NCBI GenBank assembly: GCA_965204575.1
Contig: OZ241993.1
Location: 704,001-768,000, forward strand
DNA: 64,000 nt
Source of the DNA: an uncultured candidatus Porisulfidus sp.
GTDB taxonomy: Bacteria > Pseudomonadota > Gammaproteobacteria > Poriferisulfidales > Poriferisulfidaceae
Direction: 5' to 3'
Below the pieces are notes generated by a model, which searched no databases, had not been told where the DNA came from, and saw nothing but the letters and a program-made list of their open reading frames with translations. Within the stretch, counting starts at the first letter, position 1, and every line of letters starts with the position of its first letter. Below are positions 17,480 to 28,369 of the stretch, piece after piece. Made by a program: the position numbers and the translations under genes.

Positions 17480-19233
17480 CACATGCTCTCGGGGGCGTCG
17501 ATGTTCAACAGGTTCAGGCCATTGCCGAGCGTCTGGCGTACCGCCATGATCAGCCGGAGCCGGGCCTGGCACTCGGGAATCTCATCGACCAACACGGCAA
17601 CGGCATTATAGTAAGCGTGAAATTCCTGAGCCAGTTTGCGCAGGTAGACGGTCAGATGATGCGGTTCGCGCTCCCGGGCCGAACGCAGGACCGCGTCCGG
17701 GTAGCGTGACAACTGTTTCTGCAATGCGCGTTCGCCCTCGTCGGTCAGCGATGACAGGTCGCAAGGGTCCTCGGGAATGTTGATGTCCTCATCTTCCGCC
17801 CGTTCCAGGATGCTGCAGATCCGTGCGTGTGCGTACTGCACGTAGTAGACCGGGTTGTCCACGCTTTGTTCGGTGGCCAGCTGAAGGTCGAAGTCCAGGT
17901 GCTGGTCCGATTTACGCATGACGTAGAAGAAGCGTGCCGCATCCTGTCCGACTTCGCGCTGCAGCGACTGCAGGGTCACGAACTCCCCGCTGCGTGTCGA
18001 CATCGAGATTTTTTGCTTGCCTCGGTACAGGCTGGCGAACTGGACCAGCAGGATTTCCAGCCGTTCGGGGTCGATCCCGAGCGCCTGGAGCGCGGCACGC
18101 ACCCGCCCCGCGTAGCCGTGATGGTCCGCCCCCCAGATATTGATCGCGGTGCCGTAGCCGCGCGCCATCTTGTCGGCATGATAGGCGATGTCGGTCGCGA
18201 AGTACGTCCACTGCCCGTTGCTTCTCTGGACGACGCGATCCTTTTCGTCGCCGAATTCGCTTGAACGGAACCAGAGGGCACCCTCCAGTTCGTACAGGTG
18301 GCCGGCCTCCCGCAGTTGCGCGATGGTTTGCTCGACCTTGCCGTCGTCCAGCAGTTCGCGCTCGGACTGCCAATGATCGAAACTTGCGCCGAAATGATCC
18401 AGATCGCGGCGGATGCGTTCGAGCAGCGTGTCGACCGCGTCCGAGGCCAACTCGGCCCAGATCGTTTCGTCGAGGAAATCCCGGGCTCGAAGGATCAGGA
18501 AGTCCAGGTACATGTTGTGCCCGTCCTCGTCCGGCCCGTCGTCCGGTGCGCCCGCCCGGATGTTTTCGAACGAGGCCCGCCACACGTCGCCACGAGCACG
18601 GTGGCAGTCGGCCGCGATGTCGAGGATATAGTCGCCCTGGTATCCGGCTTCCGGGAAGATCACGGGTTCTCCGCACAGTTCCAGGTAACGCAGCCAGACG
18701 GAAATCGCCAGGATGTCCATTTGTCGGCCGGCGTCGTTGATGAAGTATTCACACTCGACCGTATGGCCGGCCGCTTCGAGAATCCGGGCGAGGCAGGAGC
18801 CGAGCGCGGCCCCGCGGCCGTGTCCGACATGCAGGGGGCCGGTCGGGTTGGCGGAGACGTATTCGATCAGGATGCGCTGTTCGCTGCCGGGCGGCCGGGT
18901 TCCGTAATTCGTCGCTTGGTTCAGGATCTGGTCGACGATGTCCGCCTTGGCTTCAGGCCGCAACTGGAAGTTGATGAATCCCGGGCCTGCCACTTCCGCG
19001 GCCAACAGGTCCGGGTTCTCCGGCAGGTTCTGGATGATCCGCTCGGCCAGTTCGCGTGCATCGAGATTTGCTTCCCGCGCCAAGGCAAGGGCGAGGTTGC
19101 AGGCGTAATCTCCATGTCTCGGATCCTTGGTCGACACGACCTCGATGCGGTCGGGGTTCGGGTCGGGCAATAGGCCCTGCTGGTGCAGGGTCTGCCACGC
19201 CTGGGTCAGGTTGGCGACAAGAGTAACTTTCAC
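17479..19233 (-). CDS. argS: Arginine--tRNA ligase
   Basis: HGDYACN, AGPGFINF, EYVSANPTGPLHVGHGR, WGADHHGY, MSTRSG and NPVYYVQYAHAR. GTG start at 19233 inferred. Confidence 0.96.
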   Translation of the reverse strand: MKVTLVANLTQAWQTLHQQGLLPDPNPDRIEVVSTKDPRHGDYACNLALALAREANLDARELAERIIQNLPENPDLLAAEVAGPGFINFQLRPEAKADIVDQILNQATNYGTRPPGSEQRILIEYVSANPTGPLHVGHGRGAALGSCLARILEAAGHTVECEYFINDAGRQMDILAISVWLRYLELCGEPVIFPEAGYQGDYILDIAADCHRARGDVWRASFENIRAGAPDDGPDEDGHNMYLDFLILRARDFLDETIWAELASDAVDTLLERIRRDLDHFGASFDHWQSERELLDDGKVEQTIAQLREAGHLYELEGALWFRSSEFGDEKDRVVQRSNGQWTYFATDIAYHADKMARGYGTAINIWGADHHGYAGRVRAALQALGIDPERLEILLVQFASLYRGKQKISMSTRSGEFVTLQSLQREVGQDAARFFYVMRKSDQHLDFDLQLATEQSVDNPVYYVQYAHARICSILERAEDEDINIPEDPCDLSSLTDEGERALQKQLSRYPDAVLRSAREREPHHLTVYLRKLAQEFHAYYNAVAVLVDEIPECQARLRLIMAVRQTLGNGLNLLNIDAPESM

Positions 19234-19286
19234 GGGATTGACCGGTAAGAGGGGCGTAGTGTAACGCCATGCTTTAAAATTACCAG

Positions 19287-20021
19287 ATGCGCCTAGCGGT
19301 ATTGGCCTTTTTCCTGATTTCCGGTTACGCGTTTGCCTTTTTCGAGGCAGACCCGGCGGGAGAATGGCTGCGTGATGATGCGCCGCACGTGTACCTGGTA
19401 CGCCAGGGAGAAGCCGAGGCAGACGCGGCACGGCGTTTCGTCAAGGACCCGCAGGACTGGCCGGAAGTGTGGTGCCCGTGGCCGGGGTACGAGCCGCCGG
19501 TGCCGGTCGGTCCGGGAGACCTTCTGGTTCGCGTGCGGGTCAATGGGCGCAGTTGGATCCAGCGCGCCCGGCTTGGCAACGGCGACCAACCGCACGCCCG
19601 GGCATTGGAGGCTTTCAATGTCGGCGAAATCGAGCCTTTCATCTGGATCCCGGATGCGCGGGCGCACCCGCCGCAGCACCTCGAGATCGACTTGACCGAA
19701 ATCGTCGTGCATGAACCGGCGCGGGCGATCCACCGCAGGATTTCGAGGTTCTGGCCGGGCAGCGAGACGCAGCCTCTTCCGGTGGTTCGCCTGAACGCGG
19801 GCAGCCTGGAGTTCCTGTCGGTCGGCATGGCGCTGACGGTAGTCCCGGCCGGGGAAGAGGCAGAGCCGGCATCTTGGCTTCGAGCCGTGGTGGCGGCGGT
19901 CTTTCCCAGTTACAGTTATGCGCTGTTGCTGGAGCCTGAAGCCGTTGCCGCGCCGGGGGATTCGGTGCGCAGTCCGACGGCGTGGTGCTTCCGGCGCGAT
20001 TCTGTCCCGGCTTCCGAATAG
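19287..20021 (+). CDS. Exported protein with a degenerate LysM-like N-terminal segment
   Basis: Signal peptide, then LRDDAPHVYLVRQGE...RFVKDPQDWPEVW, resembling the start of LysM proteins of the TsaP type. Confidence 0.6.
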   Translation: MRLAVLAFFLISGYAFAFFEADPAGEWLRDDAPHVYLVRQGEAEADAARRFVKDPQDWPEVWCPWPGYEPPVPVGPGDLLVRVRVNGRSWIQRARLGNGDQPHARALEAFNVGEIEPFIWIPDARAHPPQHLEIDLTEIVVHEPARAIHRRISRFWPGSETQPLPVVRLNAGSLEFLSVGMALTVVPAGEEAEPASWLRAVVAAVFPSYSYALLLEPEAVAAPGDSVRSPTAWCFRRDSVPASE

Positions 20022-20026
20022 GTTTG

Positions 20027-20060
20027 GAACGGGTTTTGGGCCGAACGCCCAGAACCGTTC
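20027..20060. terminator. Hairpin between convergent genes
   Basis: GAACGGGTTTTGGGC...GCCCAGAACCGTTC imperfect stem-loop. Confidence 0.45.
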
Positions 20061-22439
20061 AGTACTGGTAGGAAACCCGGAAACCCCAGCGGCGCCCCTC
20101 GTTGGTCAGGGGCGCAAACACCATGCCAGTGCCCTTGTAGCCGTCCGGAGCGGCCGGGCCGCCGGGGAAATTGGCCGGAAACCTGGATTCGCCGCCCTCC
20201 CGGACCTCGTCCAGGAGATTTTTGCCGAACAGGGAAAGTCGCAGCCGTTCATCGAAACTGGCATAGGTCAGGCTTGCCTCCAGCACGTCGACTTCGCTCA
20301 GCCTTCCAAGATTGGCGTCGTCCGAGGCCGCATCATCGTTATGGCTGAAATCGACCCGGGTCAGCACCATGCCGTTCCACGACTCCATCGGAAGGCTATG
20401 GGTCAGCCCCAGACTGTAGGTCAGCGGCGCCAGGCGCGGCAGGTCCAGGTCTTTGTCCTGCCCATCGATCTTTCCGTCCCTATTGAGGTCCTCGCGCACG
20501 GTGTCGTACTCCCCGTCCGTATAGCCGAGATTGGCGGTCAGTGCCAGGCCTTCGGCAAGCCGAGCCCAGACTTCCAGCTCGATGCCCTTCAGCGTCGCAT
20601 CGGCAGGGTTCAGGATATTCTGCACCGAGCCCGCGGTAGGGTGCGTTCGCGCCACTTCACGCTGCATGTTGTCCACCTTGTTGTAGAACAGCGCCAGATT
20701 GGTGCGCAGGCGTCCGTCGTGCCAATCGACCTTGGCGCCGACTTCATAGGAATTCTGTCGCTCCTCGCTGAACGGCTCCGGATCGATATCGGGGTCCGTA
20801 TGCCGGAAGTTGTAGCCGCCGCTGCGAAAGCCCTTGGTCCAGAACGCGTAAAGGTTCACGGCATCGCTCGCATGGTACTGCACGCCGACTTTTGGTGTCC
20901 AGTTGTTCCAACTGTGTTCGTCCGAGTAATTGAAGTTGCAGGCCCTGGCGTCGAAATCGCATCGCGAGTCTCCTATCGGAATGGGGGCCAGGCCCGGCGC
21001 CACTTCGATCATAAAGGCCCCGGGATCGAACGTCGCGATGTCCGCCTTCTTCTTCTCGTAGGTGTAGCGCACGCCCAGGTTGAAGGTCACGCTCGGCGTC
21101 GCGTGCACATCCGCATGGATGAAGGCCCCCCGCGTCGTCTGATCCTGAGAGCCGCCCAGCGCGGAATCGATCCAACTGTTGTGCCAGGCACTGGTGTAAG
21201 TCCCCGAGTTTTCCACGCATAACGCGGGCAGTCCCGGGATATTGTTCAGGCTCGCCCGCACCGGGGCAACGTTGCAGAGCGGGAGAGCGGGATTGTAGAC
21301 GGCGTGACGCTCCCGGAATAGCACCCGGCGCTCCCAATAGCCGATGTCCTGGTCGAACCAGTACAAGCCTGCGGTCAAATCCACCCGGTCGTCGAGAAAC
21401 GACCCGAAATACCTGAATTCGTTGCTGAACTGCTCCTGATCGAAATAGGCGTCGCCGAGGAAGACGTCCAGTTCAGAGGAGTCCAGGTCCGTCCGCGCAT
21501 CAAGATCGATGCGGCGCCAGCCGAAAATATTGGTGATCGTGCCGTTGCCCAGAGGCACGCCCATGCTGAATTCGGTGAACGCTGGGACCAGTCCGAATCC
21601 GAGTAGCCCTTGTCGTTCACGGCGAAGTCCCATGAGGTCCGGTCGTAGAGGCCGCGGTTCTGGCTGCGGGCGCCATCGCCGCGCGCCTGTCCGCGTTCGA
21701 ACCGCACCGTCAGTTCCGCGTCCTCGCCCAGGTAGTACGTCAGGGACGGCCGCGCCAGCGAGATGCGGTAGGCACCGAAATCGTCGCTGGGATCGGCCAG
21801 GTTCGTGTGCCAGCCCTCGTCGTCCTTGTGGTAGAGGGCCAGCCGTCCCAGAAGTTTGCCCGGCAGGATCGGTCCGGACACCGTGAGCCCTCCGCCCTCT
21901 TCGGTGCCTTGCTGGAAATCCCCCCGGAGCGTCATTTCGAACTCGTCGCTCGGTTTGCGGGTGCGCAGCAGGACGGCGCCGCCCGTCACATTGCGGCCGA
22001 ACAACAGGCCTTGCGGGCCGCGCAGGATCTCGACGCCTTCCAGGTCGAAGAAATCGTTGATGACGCCTGCCGAAATGCCCATGTAAATCCCGTCGACGAA
22101 CACGCCCACCGTCGGGTCGATGGACGGAATGGAACTGTTGATGCCCAAGCCGCGGATGGTGAAGTTGGCCACGCCTCGCGTGGTCCCGACATCCGCCAGC
22201 CCGACGTTCGGGGCCCGGTAACTCAGGCTGGCCAGGTCGCTCGAAAGGCGCGCCTCCAGTTCCTCGGAAGAAAACGCCGATACCGCAAACGGCACTTCCT
22301 GCAATGCTTCCCCCGCATCCCGCTTGCGCGCCGTGATCGTGAACTCTTCGGTTTCGGCGACGACGGCCGGAGGCATCCCCAGCGCGATCACGCAGAGAAG
22401 CATCGCCGGTGCCCGAAGCCCGGAAAATGCGCGATTCAT
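20059..22439 (-). pseudogene. TonB-dependent receptor interrupted by a single-base frameshift near 21582 (pseudogene or sequencing error)
   Basis: The 5' ORF has a signal peptide, EEFTITARKR and plug motif VEILRGPQGLLFGRNVTGGA. The 3' ORF in another frame has barrel motifs KGFRSGGYN and GKNLLDE and ends in YQY. Adding one G (CAG GCG TTC) joins them as WSQAFTE. Confidence 0.85.
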
Positions 22440-22640
22440 TGTGACGGACGCCCGCCTGTCGGCTGTGCGGTCACCACCAGATGCAATCTCCTCCCGGCAG
22501 AATTTCCGACATTATATGCAAGGCATGCCGGGTTTTCGTCGGTGCCGAAGAGGTTTGAGGGCGGGATTTGTGACCCCTGTATATAATTCCCCAATCGCCA
22601 CACCAGCAGAATCGAGATTTCTCCCGCGTAATATCCCGCC

Positions 22641-24971
22641 ATGCCGAACAATCTGGTTGTCGTGGAGTCTCCGGCGAAAGCCCGGACGATCGAGAAGTAT
22701 CTGGGTCCAGGCTTCCAGGTGCTGGCGTCGTACGGCCATGTGCAGGACCTGATTCCGAAGGACGGGGCCGTCGATACGGAAGGCGATTATTCCCTCAAGT
22801 ACCAGGTGACGCCCGGACACGAGAAGCACCTGCGCAAGATCGCAAGCGCGCTTGAGGATTGCGAGGCGCTGTACCTGGCTTCCGACCCGGACCGCGAGGG
22901 CGAGGCGATCTCCTGGTCGCTGTACAGCCTGCTCAACAAGCGCAAGAAACTGGGCGAGAAGAAAACCTACCGGGTGGTGTTCCACGAGGTGACCCCCGAG
23001 GCGGTGCGCCAGGCCCTGGAGCACCCGCGTGACCTGTCGGACGACCTGGTCAACGCCTACCAGGCGCGGCGGGCCATCGACTACCTGGTCGGGTTCAACC
23101 TGTCGCCGCTGCTGTGGCGGAAGATCGCCCCCAAGCTTTCGGCAGGCCGCGTCCAGAGCCCGGCCCTGCGCCTGATCGTCGAACGCGAGGGTGAGATCGA
23201 GGCGTTCCAGCCCCGCGAGTTCTGGAGCGTGGACGCGATCCTCGACAAGGACGGGCACGGGTTCCCGGCCAAGCTGCACATGCTGGACGGGAAACGCCTG
23301 AAGAAATTCGATCTGGAGAACGAAGAGCAGGCGAGTGCAGCCCGCGACCAGGTCCAGGCGCATGCCGGGGAACTGGCCGTCGCCTCGGTGGAGCGCAAGG
23401 AGCGCAAGCGCAACCCGGCGCCGCCGTTCACCACCTCGACCCTGCAGCAGGAAGCGTCGCGCAAGCTGCGTTTCTCCGCGCGCAAGACGATGCAGGTCGC
23501 CCAGCAGTTGTACGAAGGCGTCGACCTGGGCTCCGGCCCGGCCGGCCTGATCACCTATATGCGAACGGATTCGGTCACGCTGTCGAACGCCGCGCTGAAC
23601 AACCTTCGGCAAACCATCGGCGAGCGTTATGGCGAGGACCAGATGCCGCCGTCCCCCCGGCGGTACAAGACCCGCACCCGAAATGCGCAAGAGGCGCATG
23701 AGGCGGTCCGACCGACCGATGCCGCGCGAACGCCGGAACACACCCGCGGCAAGTTGAGCAGTGACCAGCAGAAGCTTTACGAGTTGGTCTGGAAGCGCGC
23801 CGTGGCCTGCCAGATGATCCCGGCCGTGATCGATCAGGTCAGCGTGGATATCGACTGCGGTCCAGGCACCCAGTTGCGGGCGACGGGCTCCCATGTCCGG
23901 ATTCCGGGGTTCATGCAGGTGTACCGTGAAGGTTCGGACGAAGCAAACGGCAACGGAAGCCAAAAAAACAGTGACGAACGCTACCTCCCTGAATTGCGCG
24001 AGGGCGAACGCGCGGCGCTCCAGGAGGTCAAGGCGAACCAGCATTTCACGGAGCCGCCGCCGCGCTACACCGAGGCGAGCCTGGTCAAGACCCTGGAGGA
24101 ATACGGCATCGGCCGCCCCTCCACCTATGCGGACACCCTGTCGACCCTGACCAATCGCAAGTACGCGGAGATCGACAAGCGGACATTCTTCCCGACCGCG
24201 CTTGGCAAGGTGGTGTGCAATTTCCTGACTGAGCACTTTTCGCGGTACGTCGACTACGAATTCACGGCGGAGCTGGAGGACTCTCTGGACCAAGTGGCGC
24301 GGGGAGAAACCGAGTGGATCCCGGTCGTGGACAGTTTCTGGAAGCCGTTCCACCAGCAGGTGGACGAGAAGAGCAAGACCGTGTCCCGCCAGAAGGCGCA
24401 GATGATGCGCGAACTCGGTACGGATCCGGAAAGCGGCAAGCCGGTCCGTGTCCGGGTCGGGCGCTACGGGGCGTTCGTCCAGGTCGGGGACCGCGAGGAC
24501 GAGGAGAAGCCCCGGTTCGCGAGCCTTCGCGAAAACCAGAGTTTCGAGACCATCACGTTCGAGGAGGCGATGGACCTGCTGGTGCTGCCGAGATCGCTGG
24601 GGGCGGGAGACGACGGGGAGTTGATCGAGGTCAACATCGGCCGCTTCGGGCCCTACGTGAAATACGGCCCGAAAAAATACGTGTCCCTGCCGGAAGGAGA
24701 GGATCCGATGACGGTGACGCGCGAGCAGGCGGACGAATGGATCGCGGAACATCGGCACCGCGAGGCGAACCGCACGATTCAGGACTTCGGGGTGGACGAT
24801 ATCCAGGTGCTCAATGGCCGGTACGGCCCGTACGTCACGAATGGCAAGCGCAACGCGAAGATTCCGAAGGGGGAGGATCCCGCGGAACTGACGCTGGAAC
24901 AATGCCAGGAACTCCTGGCCGCCGCACCGCCGCGCAAGCGCCGCGCTTCACGCGCAAAACGCAAAAGCTGA
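22641..24971 (+). CDS. topA: DNA topoisomerase I with C-terminal Toprim_C-type repeats
   Basis: VVESPAKA, DPDREGEAI, SAGRVQS, ITYMRTDS, and C-terminal GRYGAF / GRFGPY / GRYGPY repeats. Confidence 0.97.
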   Translation: MPNNLVVVESPAKARTIEKYLGPGFQVLASYGHVQDLIPKDGAVDTEGDYSLKYQVTPGHEKHLRKIASALEDCEALYLASDPDREGEAISWSLYSLLNKRKKLGEKKTYRVVFHEVTPEAVRQALEHPRDLSDDLVNAYQARRAIDYLVGFNLSPLLWRKIAPKLSAGRVQSPALRLIVEREGEIEAFQPREFWSVDAILDKDGHGFPAKLHMLDGKRLKKFDLENEEQASAARDQVQAHAGELAVASVERKERKRNPAPPFTTSTLQQEASRKLRFSARKTMQVAQQLYEGVDLGSGPAGLITYMRTDSVTLSNAALNNLRQTIGERYGEDQMPPSPRRYKTRTRNAQEAHEAVRPTDAARTPEHTRGKLSSDQQKLYELVWKRAVACQMIPAVIDQVSVDIDCGPGTQLRATGSHVRIPGFMQVYREGSDEANGNGSQKNSDERYLPELREGERAALQEVKANQHFTEPPPRYTEASLVKTLEEYGIGRPSTYADTLSTLTNRKYAEIDKRTFFPTALGKVVCNFLTEHFSRYVDYEFTAELEDSLDQVARGETEWIPVVDSFWKPFHQQVDEKSKTVSRQKAQMMRELGTDPESGKPVRVRVGRYGAFVQVGDREDEEKPRFASLRENQSFETITFEEAMDLLVLPRSLGAGDDGELIEVNIGRFGPYVKYGPKKYVSLPEGEDPMTVTREQADEWIAEHRHREANRTIQDFGVDDIQVLNGRYGPYVTNGKRNAKIPKGEDPAELTLEQCQELLAAAPPRKRRASRAKRKS

Positions 24972-25001
24972 GGGGACGTCTCCGGCAGGGGCGGCAGTAC
25001 G

Positions 25002-25553
25002 CTGGACACCCGAGAGGGCATCCGGGCATTGCTGGACGGCAAGGTCCTCGCCTATCCGACCGAAGGAGTGTGGGGCTTGGGCTGCCTGCCGGATCACCCG
25101 GACGCGGTGCGCCGGCTGCTGGACGTAAAACAGAGAGACCCGGACAAAGGGCTGATCCTGATCGCGGCCCGCTGCGAGGACCTGGAGCCGTATATCCACC
25201 CCCTGGATGGGGAACAGCAGGCTAAACTGGAATCCCCGGGAGAACCGGTAACCTGGTTGGTCCCGGCCGCCGAAGGCGCGTCCGCCTTGCTGCGGGGCAC
25301 GCATGCGACCCAGGCGGTTCGCATCACCCGCCACGGCCTGTGCCGTGTGCTGTGCCTTGAGGTTGGGGCCCTGGTTTCGACCAGCGCGAACCCGGAGGGC
25401 GCACCCCCGGCAAGAACGTCCGAGGAGGTTCACGAGATGTTCGGTTCGACGATAGACGGAATCGTGGAAGGTTTGCTCGGCGGGGCTTCGGGCTCCAGCG
25501 AGATTCGGGACTTGTTGACGGGACGGGTGATCCGCTCGGCGCAGGCGGCATGA
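25002..25553 (+). CDS. tsaC: L-threonylcarbamoyladenylate synthase (Sua5/YrdC)
   Basis: [15 protein letters not shown]...KGLILI and VSTSAN. Start uncertain: CTG 25002 or TTG 25029. Confidence 0.9.
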   Translation: MDTREGIRALLDGKVLAYPTEGVWGLGCLPDHPDAVRRLLDVKQRDPDKGLILIAARCEDLEPYIHPLDGEQQAKLESPGEPVTWLVPAAEGASALLRGTHATQAVRITRHGLCRVLCLEVGALVSTSANPEGAPPARTSEEVHEMFGSTIDGIVEGLLGGASGSSEIRDLLTGRVIRSAQAA

Positions 25554-26461
25554 GCGACGCTCCCGACTCCGGTTCCGTTCGCGCCTTCCTGGAGAAGTTC
25601 CAGCAGGACGCCACCGGGGCGTTCGAACGATTGGAGCCGACGGCGAGGTTCCGCCGGGACCCTTGGGATCATCCCGAGGGAAGCCGGGGCGATACACGGG
25701 TGCTGGAAGGAGGGGAGACTTTCGAGAAAGCGGGCGTGAATTTCTCCGACGTCGCAGGCACGGCGCTGCCCGAGGCAGCCACCGAGCGGCACCCGGAATT
25801 GGCGGGGCAGTCGTTCACCGCGACGGGCGTGTCGATCGTGGTCCACCCGCGGAACCCCTACGTGCCCACGGCGCACTGCAACGTCCGGTTCTTCAGCGCC
25901 CGCGCGCCCGACGGCACGGATCGGTGGTGGTTCGGAGGCGGGTTCGACCTGACGCCGTACTACGGGTTCGAGGAAGATGCCCGGCACTGGCATGCCATGG
26001 CCCGCGATGCTTGCGCGCCTTTCGGGGACGAGGTCTACCCGAAGTTCAAGCAGTGGTGCGACCGCTACTTCTACCTGCCGCACCGAGACGAGACGCGCGG
26101 CATCGGCGGCCTGTTCTTCGACGATCTCAACGAATGGGGCTTTGAGAAGACTTTTGCGTTCATGCGTGCCGTGGCGGAGCACTTTCTCAAGGGATACCTG
26201 CCGATAGTGGAACGTCGCCGCGAGACGCCTTGGGGCGAACGTGAAAGAGCCTTCCAGAAATACCGTCGCGGCCGTTACGCCGAGTTCAACCTGCTGTACG
26301 ATCGCGGCACGCTGTTCGGGCTGCAGAACAGCCGGCGTGCCGAATCGATCCTGATGTCGCTCCCTCCGGACTGCGGTTGGATTTACGACTACCAACCCGA
26401 GCCCGGCTCGCCGGAGGCGGAACTGACCGGACGCTTTCTGGGTGCCCGCGACTGGGCCTGA
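25550..26461 (+). CDS. hemF: Oxygen-dependent coproporphyrinogen III oxidase
   Basis: [39 protein letters not shown] and [16 protein letters not shown]. Confidence 0.97.
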   Translation: MSDAPDSGSVRAFLEKFQQDATGAFERLEPTARFRRDPWDHPEGSRGDTRVLEGGETFEKAGVNFSDVAGTALPEAATERHPELAGQSFTATGVSIVVHPRNPYVPTAHCNVRFFSARAPDGTDRWWFGGGFDLTPYYGFEEDARHWHAMARDACAPFGDEVYPKFKQWCDRYFYLPHRDETRGIGGLFFDDLNEWGFEKTFAFMRAVAEHFLKGYLPIVERRRETPWGERERAFQKYRRGRYAEFNLLYDRGTLFGLQNSRRAESILMSLPPDCGWIYDYQPEPGSPEAELTGRFLGARDWA

Positions 26462-26890
26462 CTACTCGACGGTGATCGTAATCGTCCCGGACACGACCGG
26501 CGGGTCGTGCGGGATGTGCGCGTAATCGCCGAGCACCAGTTGCAGCGTATAGCGGCCCGGCTCCAGCGTCAGCATGGTTTCCGTCTGTCCGCCGCCGAAA
26601 TGGCGGACCTGATCCGTTGTGGGAAGCGGCATGCCGAGGTCGACTTCCGGAGAGTTGATCAGCAGGTGATGATGGCCGGTATTCGGCTGGTTCACGCCAG
26701 CCGGGGCGACGCCCATGTCATGCAGGCCGAACGACACCTTGAAGGGAGACTGGACGGTTGCGCCGTCGGCAGGTTCGATGAGGTACACGCCGGCGCCTTC
26801 AGGCGCCGGTTGCCGAGGCATCTCGGCCAGGAGGGGAGACAGGGCCAGGCCCACGACAAGGGCAAGAATGCCGGAATGTGCGTATCTCAT
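26462..26890 (-). CDS. DUF4399-like exported protein
   Basis: Signal peptide, GVAPAG, TGHHHLLIN, HFGGGQTE and LQLVLGDYAH. Start overlaps the dsbB stop. Confidence 0.85.
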   Translation of the reverse strand: MRYAHSGILALVVGLALSPLLAEMPRQPAPEGAGVYLIEPADGATVQSPFKVSFGLHDMGVAPAGVNQPNTGHHHLLINSPEVDLGMPLPTTDQVRHFGGGQTETMLTLEPGRYTLQLVLGDYAHIPHDPPVVSGTITITVE

Positions 26891-27402
26891 GTCGGGTACT
26901 CCAGGTGACGTTTCCGGATGGCGTCGATCATGTCGACCAGCGATAGCAGAAACAATACCACAAAAAGGCCCAGGGTCAGGGCCGGGATGGACAACCCCAG
27001 GAACGTCCACTGGATGGTGCCGCAATCGCCGCTGCCCTGCAGTGCAGACGCCACCGCCCCTTCGAGGCCGACCTGGTCGAGCAGGTGCCAGAACCCTGCA
27101 CCGCAGTCACCCAGAGTGTCCGGCGGGTGGTTCTGGAGATAGACGTGTCGTCCAGCGATTCCGGTCCCGCCCAGGCTCATGACCAGGGCGCCGATGTCGT
27201 AGCCGATCCGATCCCTCGCCCCAGGGCGCTGAAAGTAGGCCAGCGCAAAAATGACGGCCAGCGCGGTGAAGACGAATCGGTCCAGAATACACAGCGGACA
27301 GGGCTCAAGACCCAGGGTGCGCTCCAGGTACAGGTAGCCGAAAGCGAGCGCGGCCACGCAGATGACGAGGCCGACGAGATGGAGGTTTGGAATGCGGTGC
27401 AT
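26887..27402 (-). CDS. dsbB: Disulfide bond formation protein B
   Basis: LEPCPLCILDR, RHVYLQ, a second Cys pair (DCG...GDC), FLGLSIP and four hydrophobic segments. Confidence 0.92.
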   Translation of the reverse strand: MHRIPNLHLVGLVICVAALAFGYLYLERTLGLEPCPLCILDRFVFTALAVIFALAYFQRPGARDRIGYDIGALVMSLGGTGIAGRHVYLQNHPPDTLGDCGAGFWHLLDQVGLEGAVASALQGSGDCGTIQWTFLGLSIPALTLGLFVVLFLLSLVDMIDAIRKRHLEYPT

Positions 27403-27411
27403 CGGTTTTTA

Positions 27412-27765
27412 TTATTGCTTCCCAGTGGCCCACGAAGTCCTAGAAACCCAAATCTTAATTACTGCCGGGAAAAGAAATCCAGTAACAAGCGTCAAATATA
27501 TCGCCAAAGACACATAAGCGATTTGTCCATTTTCAAGCCAAGCAGCTATCCAAAAGAAGGGGGCGACCGGTAGAGTAGCCCAATACAGAGCCATTTCCAA
27601 CATCCACAGATGGAACGCCCAAATAGGGAAGCTCCAGTTCCATGGCCAAGAGGTGTGAATAGTGGCAATCTCCTGTATGCATAGAGGCGCAAGGTACACG
27701 AAAGACATCTGTGCCGCAAAAAGCGCCCATGCTGCCCATATCAGGAACACCAGTATCTTTTTCAA
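27412..27765 (-). CDS. Hypothetical membrane protein (AT-rich islet)
   Basis: Trp-rich hydrophobic ORF of 117 aa, TTG start, co-oriented with its neighbours. Confidence 0.55.
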   Translation of the reverse strand: MKKILVFLIWAAWALFAAQMSFVYLAPLCIQEIATIHTSWPWNWSFPIWAFHLWMLEMALYWATLPVAPFFWIAAWLENGQIAYVSLAIYLTLVTGFLFPAVIKIWVSRTSWATGKQ

Positions 27766-27834
27766 GATTGTTTTACTTTGGACAGGCGGCCCGATACTCG
27801 TCCTTGTCCAAGTCTTTACACCATTTGCAGAACA

Positions 27835-28251
27835 TTAACCTATTTTGTCATAGTGGACGAGAGATTGAAGGCCGCTTCTAGGTACAACCAAGGCATCAAA
27901 CATCATCTCTGCGAGATTGCGGCACGAAGACTTCCTCAAGTCGGACAATTCGCAGAAGGATAGTTCCTTTTTCGGCTGTGGTTTCGGTTTTGCCTGCGGA
28001 TATTTCAGTTCGAACAGCCTTTGGGCTTCGCTTTCTTCCTCTTGTTGTCTGAGCCATTCATCGAACTCTTGGTCTCTTTTAGAAATACGTTCTTGTGATT
28101 CTTGATACAGCCTGATTTTTTCATCCAATAGTTTCTGGATTCTTTCCGCTCTTTCCCCTTTTTCATCCTCGGTCGTGTCATCCGCGAAAGCCGGTAACAC
28201 CAAGAATGCACCCGCGAGAACCATGAGCGCTAGCACGATTGGCTTCATCAA
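27835..28251 (-). CDS. Hypothetical secreted protein
   Basis: Clear signal peptide (MKPIVLALMVLAGAFLVLPAFA-D) followed by a charged helical region. Confidence 0.65.
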   Translation of the reverse strand: MMKPIVLALMVLAGAFLVLPAFADDTTEDEKGERAERIQKLLDEKIRLYQESQERISKRDQEFDEWLRQQEEESEAQRLFELKYPQAKPKPQPKKELSFCELSDLRKSSCRNLAEMMFDALVVPRSGLQSLVHYDKIG

Positions 28252-28369
28252 AGCGTGGCAGACCTCTTGGCCGCGGAGCAGGCCGTGTACGGCCTGCGCT
28301 TCCGAATAATTGAAAGTCGAAGTTTTATCATGGTCGGAGTAGGGCTTGTTTTGGCCCTGCGGCTTGTGG

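Noticed and set aside
22512-24902. 796-aa ORF antisense to topA, and similar long antisense ORFs elsewhere
   Set aside because: Expected shadow frames of GC-rich coding DNA; no motifs.
27779-27810. Integron attC site
   Set aside because: The bulged hairpin lacks RYYYAAC/GTTRRRY ends and no integron integrase is in the window. Kept only as a low-interest hairpin.
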